In this document: in pieces, positions 10,480-21,977 of the stretch | Layout: every line of letters begins with the position of its first letter | Numbering within the stretch: position 1 is the stretch's first letter | IMG/VR virus record: IMGVR_UViG_3300013382_000005 | DNA: 55,407 bases | Reading direction: 5' to 3' (one strand) | Origin: an uncultured virus (IMG/VR IMGVR_UViG_3300013382_000005) | Taxonomy: Duplodnaviria > Heunggongvirae > Uroviricota > Caudoviricetes | Notes under the pieces: generated by a model | What the model saw: the letters and a program-made list of their open reading frames with translations, nothing else | Told to the model about the DNA's origin: nothing | Database searches by the model: none | Position numbers and translations under genes: made by a program

Positions 10480-11954
10480 CGATTTCCTTCATATTTTCTG
10501 AAACATCTTCGATGATTTTATTTTCTTCAGCTTTTGCAGCTGCAACTTCTTCATCAGACATTTCAGTGGTTCTACCATTGACTCGATCCTGAAGTTTTGC
10601 AAAATAATCGGGATGATTTATTACGTATTCGCGATAAGCATTCTTGCCACGCCATACAAGATCCTGACCGTCCCACTGTCTTATCTCTCCGGTTTCAGTA
10701 TCAATATCTCTAATCATAGAACCATTTTGAGTCAAGATACCTTGACTAATAGCATTCTGAAGAGTTTCAAGATATTGCTCAATACCTTGTCCAAAAATAG
10801 CATAATATTCAGTTTTTAGATAAGGATTAACAGACGGAGTACAATGGTTCTTCTTTACCGTAAGACCTATTTTAATACCTTCGGCAGGCGTAATAGGATC
10901 AGATTCCTGAATAGATCTCTTGCGAAGATCTATAGTAAGGGCAGAAGCATACTTAATAGCCTCGCCACCAGCGATAATTTTATTGTCTCTGGCCATTACG
11001 TTACCTATATCTGTCGATAGATGCGTGACCACAACAAATGCTGCATTACTCTCAGCAACAAGAGAAGTAAACTTCCTTGCCATCTTCGCATTCATTCTTG
11101 CTTGAAGTGCAATTGTAGACTTAGCAATACTTGCGTCTACCTCTTCCTTAGGAACAAGACATTTGAGTGAGTTAATGACAACCATATCACATACAGATGC
11201 CGCAAGAACAGATTCAATCTTTTCAAGTGCAGCCTCTCCTGCTCCCTCTCTGTCATGTTCTATATACAAAAATCGATCAGGATCTATATGAAATGTGTTG
11301 ATAAGATAGTCCAATTCTAGCGAAGATTCGCTCTCGAGCCAACATGCGATGTATTCCTTGGACCTCGATTGGTTGAATGCAATACTTTCCAGTAAAAGAG
11401 ATGTTTTCAAATAGTTATTACCCCGTAGTTTTTTATCTACGGCTCTAGAGATTACTCTCATTTTCATCGACCAGTCGATTCTGGTCTAGTTTAGCATAGT
11501 TTTTTACGTTATGTATTTACTGTTACGTAGAACGGCCTCGTGGGAGTATTATATTCTATATTAAATATAGTTTCAGCTCCTATGCGTTGCCCCTGACTAT
11601 AATTTTACTTATAGCCTTCGGTTCGAATTAAGATCTTACGATCTCTTCTCGCTTAATTCCATTCTCATAATCATATTCTTTCAAACAGCATCAGAATATG
11701 ACGGCAAAACAATTACCACTATCCGGCAATCCAGAAACGATAGTCATCCTCTTACGAGGGAATCCTCCGCCAATCGCATCATTAACATTCTTACTTGGAG
11801 TAGGAATATATTCAATTTTAAGCTTATCTTTAATTTCTTCGCTACGACCAAGACGACCCATAATAGTCTTTCCAGCCTTATTATTAATGCCGTCACTTAT
11901 CTTATCAATAGCTTTAAGTTTTTCTTGTAGAGTCATATGCTTATTCACCACCAT
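10472..11954 (-). CDS. recA: RecA recombinase, 2 exons (11715-11954, 10472-11407), 391 aa spliced
   Basis: IPTPS..VN.AIGGGFP; joining exons restores Walker A GLPDSG|KTS; also LQAR, GGEAIKY, VKKN. Confidence 0.93.
11408..11714 (-). ncRNA. Group I intron in recA (307 nt, no ORF)
   Basis: Exon ends GGT; P1 GGTAA/TTGCC with U.G at the splice site; P7 GCATAG/CTATGC; terminal G; removal is in frame. Confidence 0.9.
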
Positions 11955-12279
11955 CCATGTTCTTAAAAAATTCTATAACTTGTTTATAATCTTCGATAGT
12001 ATTATTTATCTTAGAATTTTTTGGCATTTCTTTACTCAATGCCTCTAATTCATTTAATCTCATATTAAGAAAAGTTATAATAGACCTAATATAGTACTTA
12101 GCTATATATATGTCTACATAATCATCTTCTTTTATAAGATCCAATGTTTCTTCAGATAAAATATTTACTACTTGTTGTCTCGCAGCTTTTGGTTGCAACT
12201 TGGTAGAATTGAGCAAGGCTCCGATATAATTAACGAAGCCTTGTTTAATCTGCGTCAAGTCATTACTATAAGTATTCAC
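11941..12279 (-). CDS. Hypothetical protein
   Basis: 112-aa ORF overlapping its neighbours. Confidence 0.7.
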   Translation of the reverse strand: MNTYSNDLTQIKQGFVNYIGALLNSTKLQPKAARQQVVNILSEETLDLIKEDDYVDIYIAKYYIRSIITFLNMRLNELEALSKEMPKNSKINNTIEDYKQVIEFFKNMDGGE

Positions 12280-15200
12280 GACGTTATATTTTCCTCTTTA
12301 TCAGATTCTTCTGTTGTATCTATAACAGAAACAGAAGCTATTGTATCATTGTCGTTAAGCCTTATAAGTCTAACTCCCATAGATACTCTACCTGTAGATC
12401 TGATGCTAGATAATTTAAGTCTGATCATCTTGCCATACTTAGTAGATACAAGAAGTTCGTCATGATTGTCTACAATAGCAGCAGAAACAACCTGACCACT
12501 TTCTTCTGTTATTTTATGAGAGGTTACGCCACGCCCATTTCTTCCTTTACTTGCATATGCATTACAGGAAGTCTGTTTAGCGAAACCATTCTCAGTAATA
12601 GTCAAAAGATACTTCTTGGAATTAGAATCATTAGAAGAAGGCGTAACAATAACTTTTACAACATAATTATTGTCGCTGAGTTTAATGCCCTTAACGCCTC
12701 TACCAGACTTGCCGGTTTCACGAATCTTATCCTGAGTCATACTAAGAGCCTTACCATCAGATGTAACTAGCGTAATATTGCACTCAGTATTTTTATTCTC
12801 AATGACATCTATATCTGCAAGCATATCATTGTCCATAAGTGTAATAACCTTGGTTACATTACCGCGCTTTGGAAGAAGATCAAAAGACATCTTTTTAAGC
12901 ATGCCATTTCTGGTTGCGAACACAAAAGTACTATTCTTAACCTTTGTATCAGCGGCAATAATATTAACAACCTTTTCTCCAGCCTGAACCTCCTATGACT
13001 AAAGTCACAGGGTTCTCATTTTTCATTATATCTATGATAATAATTGAATTGATATATACTTGATATAATTTCTTGAGCTATCCCCGTAGTTCCTACGGTT
13101 CTTATATATGTTAAAATATTAAGAATTGATTATTCTTAATCCTTCATTTAAAATATTAATTGCTGCATTAATATCTCTATCGTGATTTGTTCCACATTGT
13201 GGGCATGTCCATTCTCTAACAGATAAATCTTTTGTTTGAGAATTGATATGTCCACATATGTGGCACTTCTGAGAACTTGGGTAATATTGATCTATTTTAG
13301 ATACAGTTTTTCCATACCATTTTGCTTTATATTCCAATTGTTTAACAAATTCTGACCATGATGCATCAGATATATTTTTGCGTAATCTGCATGCATCATT
13401 TTTGCTTATGTTCTTATTAGATTTTTCAAACATATCCTTTACATTAAGTGTTTCAATGCATATAACATCATATTGTCTAATTAAATTAGTTGATAATTTA
13501 TGCATAAAATCCAAACGCTGATTATGTATATGAAACTGTAAATTTGCAATCCTTTGTCTCAATTTATTATAACGATTGCTATCCCTTGTTTTTCGAGATA
13601 GCTTTTGCTGTAATAAAGCGAGTCTCTCTGAAGAATTACAAAAATACTTACCTGCATCTATTTTTGTCTGATCGCTAAATGTGCAATAACTTTTTATTCC
13701 TAAATCTATGCCAATAGGTTTATTCGTTTTTGGCAACTCTTTAATTACAACGTCCGTGCAACATAAAGATATATAATATTTCCCATTTGGTTTTTGAGAA
13801 ATTGTCGCATTAAGAATTCTACCTTTATGCTTTCTCCCGCCACGAATTTTCAATAAACCAACTTTAGGAACTTGTATATATTTATCTAAAAATTTAATAT
13901 TGCTATTAGTTCTATAACTGTAATTATGAATCTTTTTAGATTTAAATTTTGGAAAACTTGCTCGTCCTTCAAAGCGATTTTTATACGCATTATCTAAATC
14001 TTTTAAAGAGTTTTGCAATGCACATTTGTCTGGTTCTCTTAACCAGTCCAATTCTTGTTTTAGAGATGTTAAATCTGAACAACATTGATAATACGACATC
14101 GTAACATGATTTGTACGATATTCTTCAATTCTCCTATTTAAATAATAGTTGTATACAAACCTAACGCACCCAAATGTCTTTTGTAATAATTCAATTTGCG
14201 TTTTGGTAGGATATACTCTATATTTATAAGAGACGTCCATAGATTTATTATACTCCTTATTTTATTTTTTGATTTTGAATATATTGCCGTATTTGCTCTT
14301 CTGTATTTTTAGAAACAGTAGCAATATAATAACTTGGATTCCACAAATGTTCATCCAATAATTTGTCTTTTAATTGTTCTTTATATTTTTTCATTAACAG
14401 ATGAGCAGATACTCCCTTTAATGCTTTAAGCATATTGGGTATGTATATTTGTGGATTACAATTAACTAGCAAATGAATGTGATCCAAATCGCCATTGCAT
14501 TCTAATATTTCGAATTCATTGTCTTTTGCTATATTATTCAAAATCTCAAATAAATCTTTTTCAATTTGTCCTGATAGAATTCTACGTCTATATTTAACAC
14601 ACCACACTATATGATATTGAATTGAATATACGTAACCTCTACCATAAGTTAATGTCATAATATTTATTACTCCGTAATAATTAGATATAACATATGAAAT
14701 TAAAAAAGTAAAGTATTTTTCTAAATATATTTTAAATTTTATAATAACATATGTAAGAACCATAAGAACTTACATCTTTAGTTTTTTGGAGGTCTCGTTC
14801 ATACAAGATCGCTACTCTTGTACAGTTCTCTTATGAACTTCTTATATTTTCATATAAGCACAGACTATATCTTCTTCTTCGTCATAACACGGTCAGAAGT
14901 CGTCCACTTCGGATACACTTGTATCCTACATAATAGTCGTTGAACCTTCCCCTGTTCAGGGCTTGGCTGCTGATTGCCTCTTTATTTAGTACTTAGGATT
15001 TAACCATATACTATACAATAATTTTTTTTCTGCTTTCGCAACATTCACACTTAAATTTATTTCAATTTTATGTTGTAGTTTTATTGTCTTTAAGGTTTTC
15101 CAGCAATTCAAACGATATAGGAAATTTTATTAAAAATTTCCTCACATACAAATTTCTTTATATGTGGACTATTTATAGTTATTAACTCATGGTTAAAGGC

Positions 15201-17009
15201 CACGAGTATGCATAACTACTTTTAATCAAGCTGCTTAAGATAATTATTAATATGCTTACCTTTAGAAGTCTTGGCTACCTTAGGAATCTGATACCCCTTA
15301 AGAATATGACATCTACCAGTACTGGTAAAGAAAAGAAGATCGTCTTTATTACTCATATAAATAATCTTCTTGATGCTATCATTATCAGCTTCATTTATAT
15401 ACTGATTGATTCCTTTACCATTTCTGGACTGAGTCTTATATTCTTTCTCACTTACAGACTTTATAATATCATTATTAGTATAACTAATAACAATAGGTTC
15501 TTCTGCAATTAGATCTGCTTCGTCCAAAGCGCTATATTCAGATTCTTCTATTATAGTTCTTCTCTGGTCTCCATACTTCTTTTTATATACCAAGAATTTG
15601 TTCTTAATATATTCAAGAAGTTTATTTTGATCATTTAATAACGAATCATATTCTGCCGACTTATTATTTAAAGAAGTCAGATCTTCATTATACTTAGCTA
15701 TATTAGCATGAGATATATTTTTTAATGGCATATCAAGAATATATTTTATCTGATTGTCATTTTCAAATATATTAGTTGCCTTAAGATCTTCAAACTCATT
15801 ATCGCTATTTTGAAGAATATCGATAACAGTATCGATATTTGTAGCCGCAAGTATAATTGCTCTTACTGTATTGATTCGCGCATTAAGCCTTTCATTCTCA
15901 TATGCAATATAATTATATGTTACGTTAACGCCATGAGATAGAAAAGCTGTAAGCATAGTATCAAGATTAACTGTTTCAGGTTTGCCATCGACGAGAACAA
16001 CATTATTTACGCCGATAGAAGTCTGCAATGAAGTCTTACTGAATAACTTATTAAGTAACAGGTCGACATTAGCGTCCTTCTTGACATCAATAACAATTCT
16101 TACGTAGCATTCCTTGGATGACTCATCTCTTATCTCTTTGATTTCTGGCAAAACACCGTTATCTTTAAGAGAATCTATAAATTTAACAAGCTCTGCCTTT
16201 TTAGACTTATAAGGCAAGTCATTAAATATTATCTGTGTTGTGCCATTTTTAAGAGTCTTAGTAGTATAATTTGCTCGTACAATTATACTGCCTCTTCCAG
16301 TCTTAAAATAACTTCTGATACCTGATGTGCCTACAATAGTTCCACCTAATGGAAAATCCGGTCCTTTTATAATTGAGAAAACTTTATTTTCGTCAATATC
16401 TTCTCCATTAATAGTTTGATCTATATAATAGATTAACGCATCGTATACCTCACTTATATTATGAGGCACAAGATTACAAGCCATGCCTACTGCAATACCT
16501 GAAGAGCCATTAATAAGTAGATTAGGAATAAGTCCGCTTAATGTTACTGGTTCTTCTTTTGTATTATCAAAGTTAGGCATAAAATCTACTGCATTCTTAT
16601 CGATATTCTCAAGCATATCGTATCCAATACGAGTAAGTTTTGATTCGGTGTAACGGTAAGCAGCCGGTGGATCATCATCAAGTGGATTTCCATTATTGCC
16701 ATTAAAGTCAATTAACGGATATCTCATTGTGATAGGCTGAGACATAGCTGCTAAAGCATCATAGGTCGATATATCGCCGTGAGGACTGAATGCACCTATA
16801 ACATGACCAACTGTAGTTGCACATTTGTGAAAATTAGCCGATGGGGTCAAATTATTGACCCACATCGAATATAGAATTTTTCTTTGAACTGGTTTAAGAC
16901 CGTCTATAATATTAGGCAATGCTCTATCGGTTATGACTGAAACGGCATAATCGAGAAAAGAATTGCCAACTATATTACTAACGTCTTGTGTTAATATTGT
17001 TTCTGGCAT
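12276..17009 (-). CDS. gyrA: DNA gyrase subunit A, 2 exons (15225-17009, 12276-12983), 830 aa spliced
   Basis: DRALP..DGLKPVQR, PHGD, AAYRYTE, GIAVGMA; beta-pinwheel repeats; junction KQLD|AGEKVV is in frame. Confidence 0.95.
13119..14240 (-). CDS. tnpB: TnpB RNA-guided endonuclease (IS605 family) of the IStron
   Basis: YKYRVYP, FGCVRFVYN, GIDLG, IETL, SSQKCHICG, CPQCG..HDRDINAA; RuvC D/E/D intact. Confidence 0.95.
   Translation of the reverse strand: MDVSYKYRVYPTKTQIELLQKTFGCVRFVYNYYLNRRIEEYRTNHVTMSYYQCCSDLTSLKQELDWLREPDKCALQNSLKDLDNAYKNRFEGRASFPKFKSKKIHNYSYRTNSNIKFLDKYIQVPKVGLLKIRGGRKHKGRILNATISQKPNGKYYISLCCTDVVIKELPKTNKPIGIDLGIKSYCTFSDQTKIDAGKYFCNSSERLALLQQKLSRKTRDSNRYNKLRQRIANLQFHIHNQRLDFMHKLSTNLIRQYDVICIETLNVKDMFEKSNKNISKNDACRLRKNISDASWSEFVKQLEYKAKWYGKTVSKIDQYYPSSQKCHICGHINSQTKDLSVREWTCPQCGTNHDRDINAAINILNEGLRIINS
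14257..14658 (-). CDS. tnpA: Y1 HUH transposase TnpA
   Basis: YHIVWCVKYRR, DHIHLL, LWNPSYY, YIQNQ; ATG at 14658 after GGAG. Confidence 0.93.
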   Translation of the reverse strand: MTLTYGRGYVYSIQYHIVWCVKYRRRILSGQIEKDLFEILNNIAKDNEFEILECNGDLDHIHLLVNCNPQIYIPNMLKALKGVSAHLLMKKYKEQLKDKLLDEHLWNPSYYIATVSKNTEEQIRQYIQNQKIK

Positions 17010-17741
17010 TTACGACTCCTCTTTCTGGTTATCTAAACGGGACTCTGTTGACTCATTTCTTAGACTACAATCGATAATTAGATCGCTAATAGAAACTTCG
17101 TAACTAGTGCGAGTCATAATCCTATCTCCTATGTTTTTTGTATATTCCCTTGACTGAAATCTTCCTATAATGGAAATTCTATCGTTCTTAGAAATATTAG
17201 ATGCGCTCACTGCGTTCGTGCCCCATGCAATAGCAGGTATATAGTCAATCTTTTTATTTGTACTATATTTTCTGCTTACTGCGATCACAAGATCAGTAAT
17301 TGCCTTCTTATTTGGAGTTAGCCTATAAATTGGGTCTTTACACAAATAGCCGCTTAAATGTACATGATTAATATCATCTGAATCATCTGCAACATTAACT
17401 GTTATATCATAAGCATATATAAATACTTTCACATGATATCTTAAGTTATTATTGTTGTCGTAATATTGTTCATTGTAGCTTCTAACTTCGCCGCTACAAT
17501 AAACCTTTTTGCCCTGTATATCTTCACCAATATTATTATAGCATCTTTCATTTAGCATAACAGGGATAATATCATAGGCATTACTTAATCTTTTAACCTT
17601 AAGATTAAAGGTGTAATAATTAATATTCTTGCTACTATGATGTTTTGTAATTTCTGTATCCGCTGTGCCAATGAAAGTTGCTATATTGTCTTGATTTAAT
17701 ATATCTTTAAATGGATTCTTCTGAAAGTTATAATCGCTCAT
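17010..17741 (-). CDS. ssb: Single-stranded DNA-binding protein with two OB folds
   Basis: V.RLS...D.IPV, G..RSYN, GYLCK.P.YR.TP, DYIPAIAWG, GRFQSREY, YEVSIS. Confidence 0.9.
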   Translation of the reverse strand: MSDYNFQKNPFKDILNQDNIATFIGTADTEITKHHSSKNINYYTFNLKVKRLSNAYDIIPVMLNERCYNNIGEDIQGKKVYCSGEVRSYNEQYYDNNNNLRYHVKVFIYAYDITVNVADDSDDINHVHLSGYLCKDPIYRLTPNKKAITDLVIAVSRKYSTNKKIDYIPAIAWGTNAVSASNISKNDRISIIGRFQSREYTKNIGDRIMTRTSYEVSISDLIIDCSLRNESTESRLDNQKEES

Positions 17742-18378
17742 TGTCTGTTTTACCTATGTTGACAACCATATCTTCGGTTGTTCCTATCTTATTCTTTTGC
17801 GTTACTAAATATAATTCATCATTTATTTTATCCATGATTATTAAACGCAAAGAACTATATAGATCAAAACATTTAGAGCAATAACTAGCGAATCTCTTTT
17901 GTATTGTATTATATCTATATTGATTAGTCGCAATAACAATTATATGCGTACCATAAATCAGCTTAGATATATTTATCATGAATTTACTCAACTGCTTAAA
18001 TGGATATTTAAAATTCAGATTACTGATAGAGTCTATAAATATAAAAAAATTATCCATGCATGATTCTTTCATTCTTTTTATAAAATCAAGAATCTTGTTT
18101 GGATCATTATCATAGTTTATAATCAATCTATCAGAATCTATATTGTAATCCTTAATATATTTCATACACATATGATTATCTGAATCTATATATAAAATAA
18201 TACTTTCCGGACTACTATTTAATATATCTTTAACTATGCTGAGCAAGCATGAAGTTTTGTAAGAAATTGCGCCCGATATCTCTATGATCTTACCATAGAG
18301 TAATTCTTCATTATCTATGATGTAGTCATTTAAGTTCGTATGCGCATTATAATCTATCTTTGGTATTAAATTGTTCAC
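17728..18378 (-). CDS. Degenerate RecA-like protein
   Basis: GKIIEISG..SYKTS (altered P-loop), LYIDSD, FIDSI, IATNQYR, QKNKIG. Confidence 0.6.
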   Translation of the reverse strand: MNNLIPKIDYNAHTNLNDYIIDNEELLYGKIIEISGAISYKTSCLLSIVKDILNSSPESIILYIDSDNHMCMKYIKDYNIDSDRLIINYDNDPNKILDFIKRMKESCMDNFFIFIDSISNLNFKYPFKQLSKFMINISKLIYGTHIIVIATNQYRYNTIQKRFASYCSKCFDLYSSLRLIIMDKINDELYLVTQKNKIGTTEDMVVNIGKTDNERL

Positions 18379-18383
18379 TGTGA

Positions 18384-21057
18384 TTAAACATCTACATCTG
18401 CATTAACTGCATTTTCGATTATGAAGTCTTTTCTATCCTTAACATCGACACCCATACATAAAGTTAGCATCTGATCTGCTGCTTCAGCATCTTCAACTGT
18501 AACCTGTATGATTTTACGAGTTTCTGGATTCATTGTGGTGTCCCAAAATGGCTCGGGATTCATCTCGCCTACGTTAATTCCTGTATCACTACAGGCACTG
18601 ACTATTTCTTTTGTTCAGGCTAAACCGTTTACTATACTGCCTTCATTACAATCTACTGTTTCGAATTACGTATCAATAGTAACTCTACATTCCGACAAAG
18701 GAACTAGTCGATACATGTCTCAAAAAATAAAACACACGAGATCATCTTAATTGTTAAAATTAAGACTACCTCGTTAGCTATATATAAAATATAACCCCAT
18801 TGATAAAATGGTTAAGTAGATAAGGGCTTGGCTTCGCTTACCCTTTAAAACGGTTTACAACACAATTGCTTCCCATTTCAGCAACTATGCTATCTTTCTC
18901 TGTATCTGAATATGCATATCGAATATCTTTATTCTTAGCTATCTTAAATAATGGAGGACAAGCTAAATAAAGATATCCTTTTTCTATGATAGGCTTAAGA
19001 TATCTATAGAAAAATGTGATATATAAGATTCTAATATGTGCTCCATCGACCTTTTATACCCTGACTTTCATCATATTTATATAGGGATTAGACTATACCA
19101 TCATCCTGATTGTATTAAAGTAATATAACAGAAGTTACGTGTCTAGTCGTTGAACATTCTACTTAATGTTTAAGTAGCTTCGCTGCGCTTGGTTATCCAA
19201 TACTTAATCTTTTTACTATACCAAAGCGTGTTACTCTTTGCCACATATTCATCACTGAATATGTTTAGTAATTAAGTCTCTAAGGAACTCCCCGCAATTT
19301 ACGTAATTTTTTACTATGTCATTACTGTCATAGGCGGACATCGATTAAGGTTTTATCCGCATCTGAAGCTAATATAATCTTATGATATCTAAGTTTGTTT
19401 ATATCAAAATCTTCTCCTATACCACACTTTAATGCGCGTAATACATCAAGAAGTTTTTCATTTGTATAAACCTTGTCTATTCTAGTTTTTTCTACATTCA
19501 GTACTTTTCCAAAGATAGGAAGTATTGCTTGATACTTTCTGTCCCTGGCTGCTTTTGCAGTACCTCCTGCTGAGTTCATTATTCGACTATTTCTTATGCG
19601 TTTTATATAGCGCATCCTACCGTTTCGATTGTCGTATCAATAGACAACCTACTCTCCGACAAAGGAGCTAGTCTGTACAGGATTTTATTCCCACGAGATC
19701 TTACCCTCGTTAGCCATAAATATATTTACGACCCCATTGATGAGATGGAAAAGTAGGTAAGGGCAACTCATCTACCCTCAACTATATAGACTTCACATTC
19801 TTCTGGATTCTTGCTTTGACAATCTGCAATCTTACCTGCAAGACTACCCTCAAGAATATTCTTATTCTTTCTAATATGTTCTCTTGCTTTCTGTGCAGAC
19901 TTTCTTGCTTCAGAAGCTGTGATACATTTTTCTATTATAATCTTTGCGTTATCCGGATACTTATCAAAATAAGATGAGATAAGTGATTCAGTAAAAGAAG
20001 TTAAAATTGTGCGCACATTTCTCATATCTATTTTATTTTTAGCCTGAGAAATAAACTTTGGATCTTTTACTTTAATCGAAACAATTGCACAGATTCCTTC
20101 AAGAACGTCATTGATTTCAAATTTATTTTCTTCTTTAATAAACTTATTATTAATTGCATAATCGTTAATAGCTTTAAGAAGGCCAGATCTGAAACCAATT
20201 AAATGGTCTCCACCATCTTCAGTATTTATGTTATTGCAGAATGTAGTTATGTCTGAAGTATATGTATCTGTATATGTAAGCGCAACACTTACATCTGTAT
20301 CTGATACTATATTATTCTTATAAATTATATCTTCAATTATATTGACTTTAACGCCAATATTCTTCTTGACATAGTCCTTTAGACCATCTGGATAATGATA
20401 TGTTATATATTCATTATCTTCTTCTGTGCCACCACTGAATATTGTAGTAAGACCAGGATTGAGGAATGCAAGCTGCTCAAGTCTTGTTTTAATCTTATTA
20501 AGGTTTAAAGACGTATCGTCTCCCCAGATTTCAGAATCAAGTCTAAAACAAATTTCAGTGCCATTACATTCTCCTGAATTATCTGCAAGAAGATGTAGAT
20601 GCTCAATGATCTTACCTTTTGCAAAATGAGCTTGATAAACCTTATCGTCTCTATATATGTTTATAAACATATCTGAAGAGGTTGCATTAACGCAAGACAA
20701 ACCTACTCCATTAAGACCAGCGGTAACAGTTTTATATGCATCTTCTGCATTATCAAACTTACCACCGGCATGAAGAACGGTTGCTGCAACTTCTACCTGA
20801 GATAACCCTTTATATTCTGGATCCTTATGAGGTTCAATCGGAATTCCGCGTCCATCATCTCTTACAGTTATAATATCACCAGTAATATTCACTGAAATGT
20901 TCTTGGCAAAACCAGCCAAGAATTCATCTATACTATTATCGATGATTTCAAAAACAGCGTGTTCTTTACTGGAAAGGTACATGCCTACTCTTTGCCTGAC
21001 ATTATCAGGATATCTGAGTATTGTTATTTGTGCGCCATTATTTATATTTTCTGACAT
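18384..21057 (-). CDS. gyrB: DNA gyrase subunit B, 4 exons (19774-21057, 19355-19576, 18840-19050, 18384-18571), 634 aa spliced
   Basis: [23 protein letters not shown]. Spliced junctions rebuild VEG|NSAGG, DAD|VDGAHI and RFKG-L-GEMNP (Leu codon T|TA split). Confidence 0.95.
18572..18839 (-). ncRNA. Group I intron gyrB-I3 (268 nt), related to gyrB-I1
   Basis: P1 AAGGGT/GCCCTT; shared blocks ATCAATGGGGT, GCTAACGAGG, GACTAG.TCCTTTGTCGGA, AAGAAATAGTC; P9 CCTGTAGTGATACAGG. Confidence 0.9.
19051..19354 (-). ncRNA. Group I intron gyrB-I2 (304 nt)
   Basis: IGS ATCGATGTCCGC pairs both exons; AATTGCGGGGA, GCGCAGCGAAG, TTCAACGACTA, GGTATAGTCT. Confidence 0.92.
19577..19773 (-). ncRNA. Group I intron gyrB-I1 (197 nt, apparently without P9)
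   Basis: P1 AGGGT/GCCCT; P10 TGAGTT/AACTCA; GCTAACGAGG..CTCGTG; P7 GACTA/TAGTC; terminal G. Confidence 0.88.
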
Positions 21058-21444
21058 TTATACACCATTGTCATCATCCAAAATCTCTGGCTTTATATTT
21101 CCTGTAATATGTCTTATAAAACCTTCGACTGCTGCAATTATACATTCTTTCTCTGTATAACCAGTCTGAATATCAGATTCAATTACAAATGGTTTATATT
21201 TAGAGCCAGCAATTTGGAATTTAATTTCGTTTGCGGCAATAATAATGATCTTATTATAATCTTTATTATATATATATCTGAAACTATATGGAACATCATT
21301 AAAACTATATCTTGTTTTATTAGACAAGAAAAGAGCAGCCGCGATTTCTTCTGCGGCTGTCCTTATATTCTTATCTGTTTCAGTTTCAGAATCGATATTC
21401 TTCAGAAGTTCATTCTGAATCTGATCGAGCTGTTTATCGTTCAT
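21058..21444 (-). CDS. Hypothetical protein
   Basis: 128-aa ORF in the operon. Confidence 0.7.
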   Translation of the reverse strand: MNDKQLDQIQNELLKNIDSETETDKNIRTAAEEIAAALFLSNKTRYSFNDVPYSFRYIYNKDYNKIIIIAANEIKFQIAGSKYKPFVIESDIQTGYTEKECIIAAVEGFIRHITGNIKPEILDDDNGV

Positions 21445-21446
21445 TA

Positions 21447-21941
21447 TTATCTGCCACCGATATGGGGCTTACCACCAAGACCACTACCAAGAGGCTTGAA
21501 CTTTGAAGTCCCTCCACCGCTGATACCACTCAGAGGATTCGGCGCTGCCTGAGTCTGTGCAGGCTTAGAGGCAGTATGAGTCTCTGCCTGTCCATTCTCA
21601 GAATTACCAGTGTCAGACTTTGAACCGCAGAAATTAGCTCCCTTAACAGAGACAAAAATTTCTCCTGGCTTAATAGTTCCGTCCTTAGTAGTATATTCTT
21701 CGTTATAATCTAGCTCACCATTAATCGCGATAAAATCCATCTTCTTAAAATACTGAGTAATAAACTTAGCATTTGAACCAGATGCCTTACAAAGAATATT
21801 AAGAGATTCCGGATACTGCGCATCTTTCTTCTTATAATTCTTTGTTACGCCAAGATAAAAAGAACAAAACTCATTATCATCCTTATTGCTGCTATAAATA
21901 TCGGAAATGATTTTCCCATTAACTGCATACATATTAAGCAT
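21447..21941 (-). CDS. Single-stranded DNA-binding protein (second, single OB fold)
   Basis: MLNMYAVNG, F.LGV, A.FI.QYF.K.D.I.INGEL; Gly/Pro-rich tail. Confidence 0.75.
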   Translation of the reverse strand: MLNMYAVNGKIISDIYSSNKDDNEFCSFYLGVTKNYKKKDAQYPESLNILCKASGSNAKFITQYFKKMDFIAINGELDYNEEYTTKDGTIKPGEIFVSVKGANFCGSKSDTGNSENGQAETHTASKPAQTQAAPNPLSGISGGGTSKFKPLGSGLGGKPHIGGR

Positions 21942-21977
21942 AATTGTATATACCTTTCTTTAGTGAATATTTATTTT

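Larger units (their letters stand above)
12984..15224 (-). mobile_element. IStron: group I intron fused to an IS605-type element (tnpA + tnpB), 2241 nt
   Basis: Inserted after TTGAT; left-end hairpin ACTCGTGG...CCATGAGT; intron core AATTGCTGGAAA, AATCAGCAGCC, TTCAACGACTA, AAGATAGTC; right-end hairpin GTGACTTTAGTCAT ending GGTTCAG at the 3' splice site. Confidence 0.93.
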
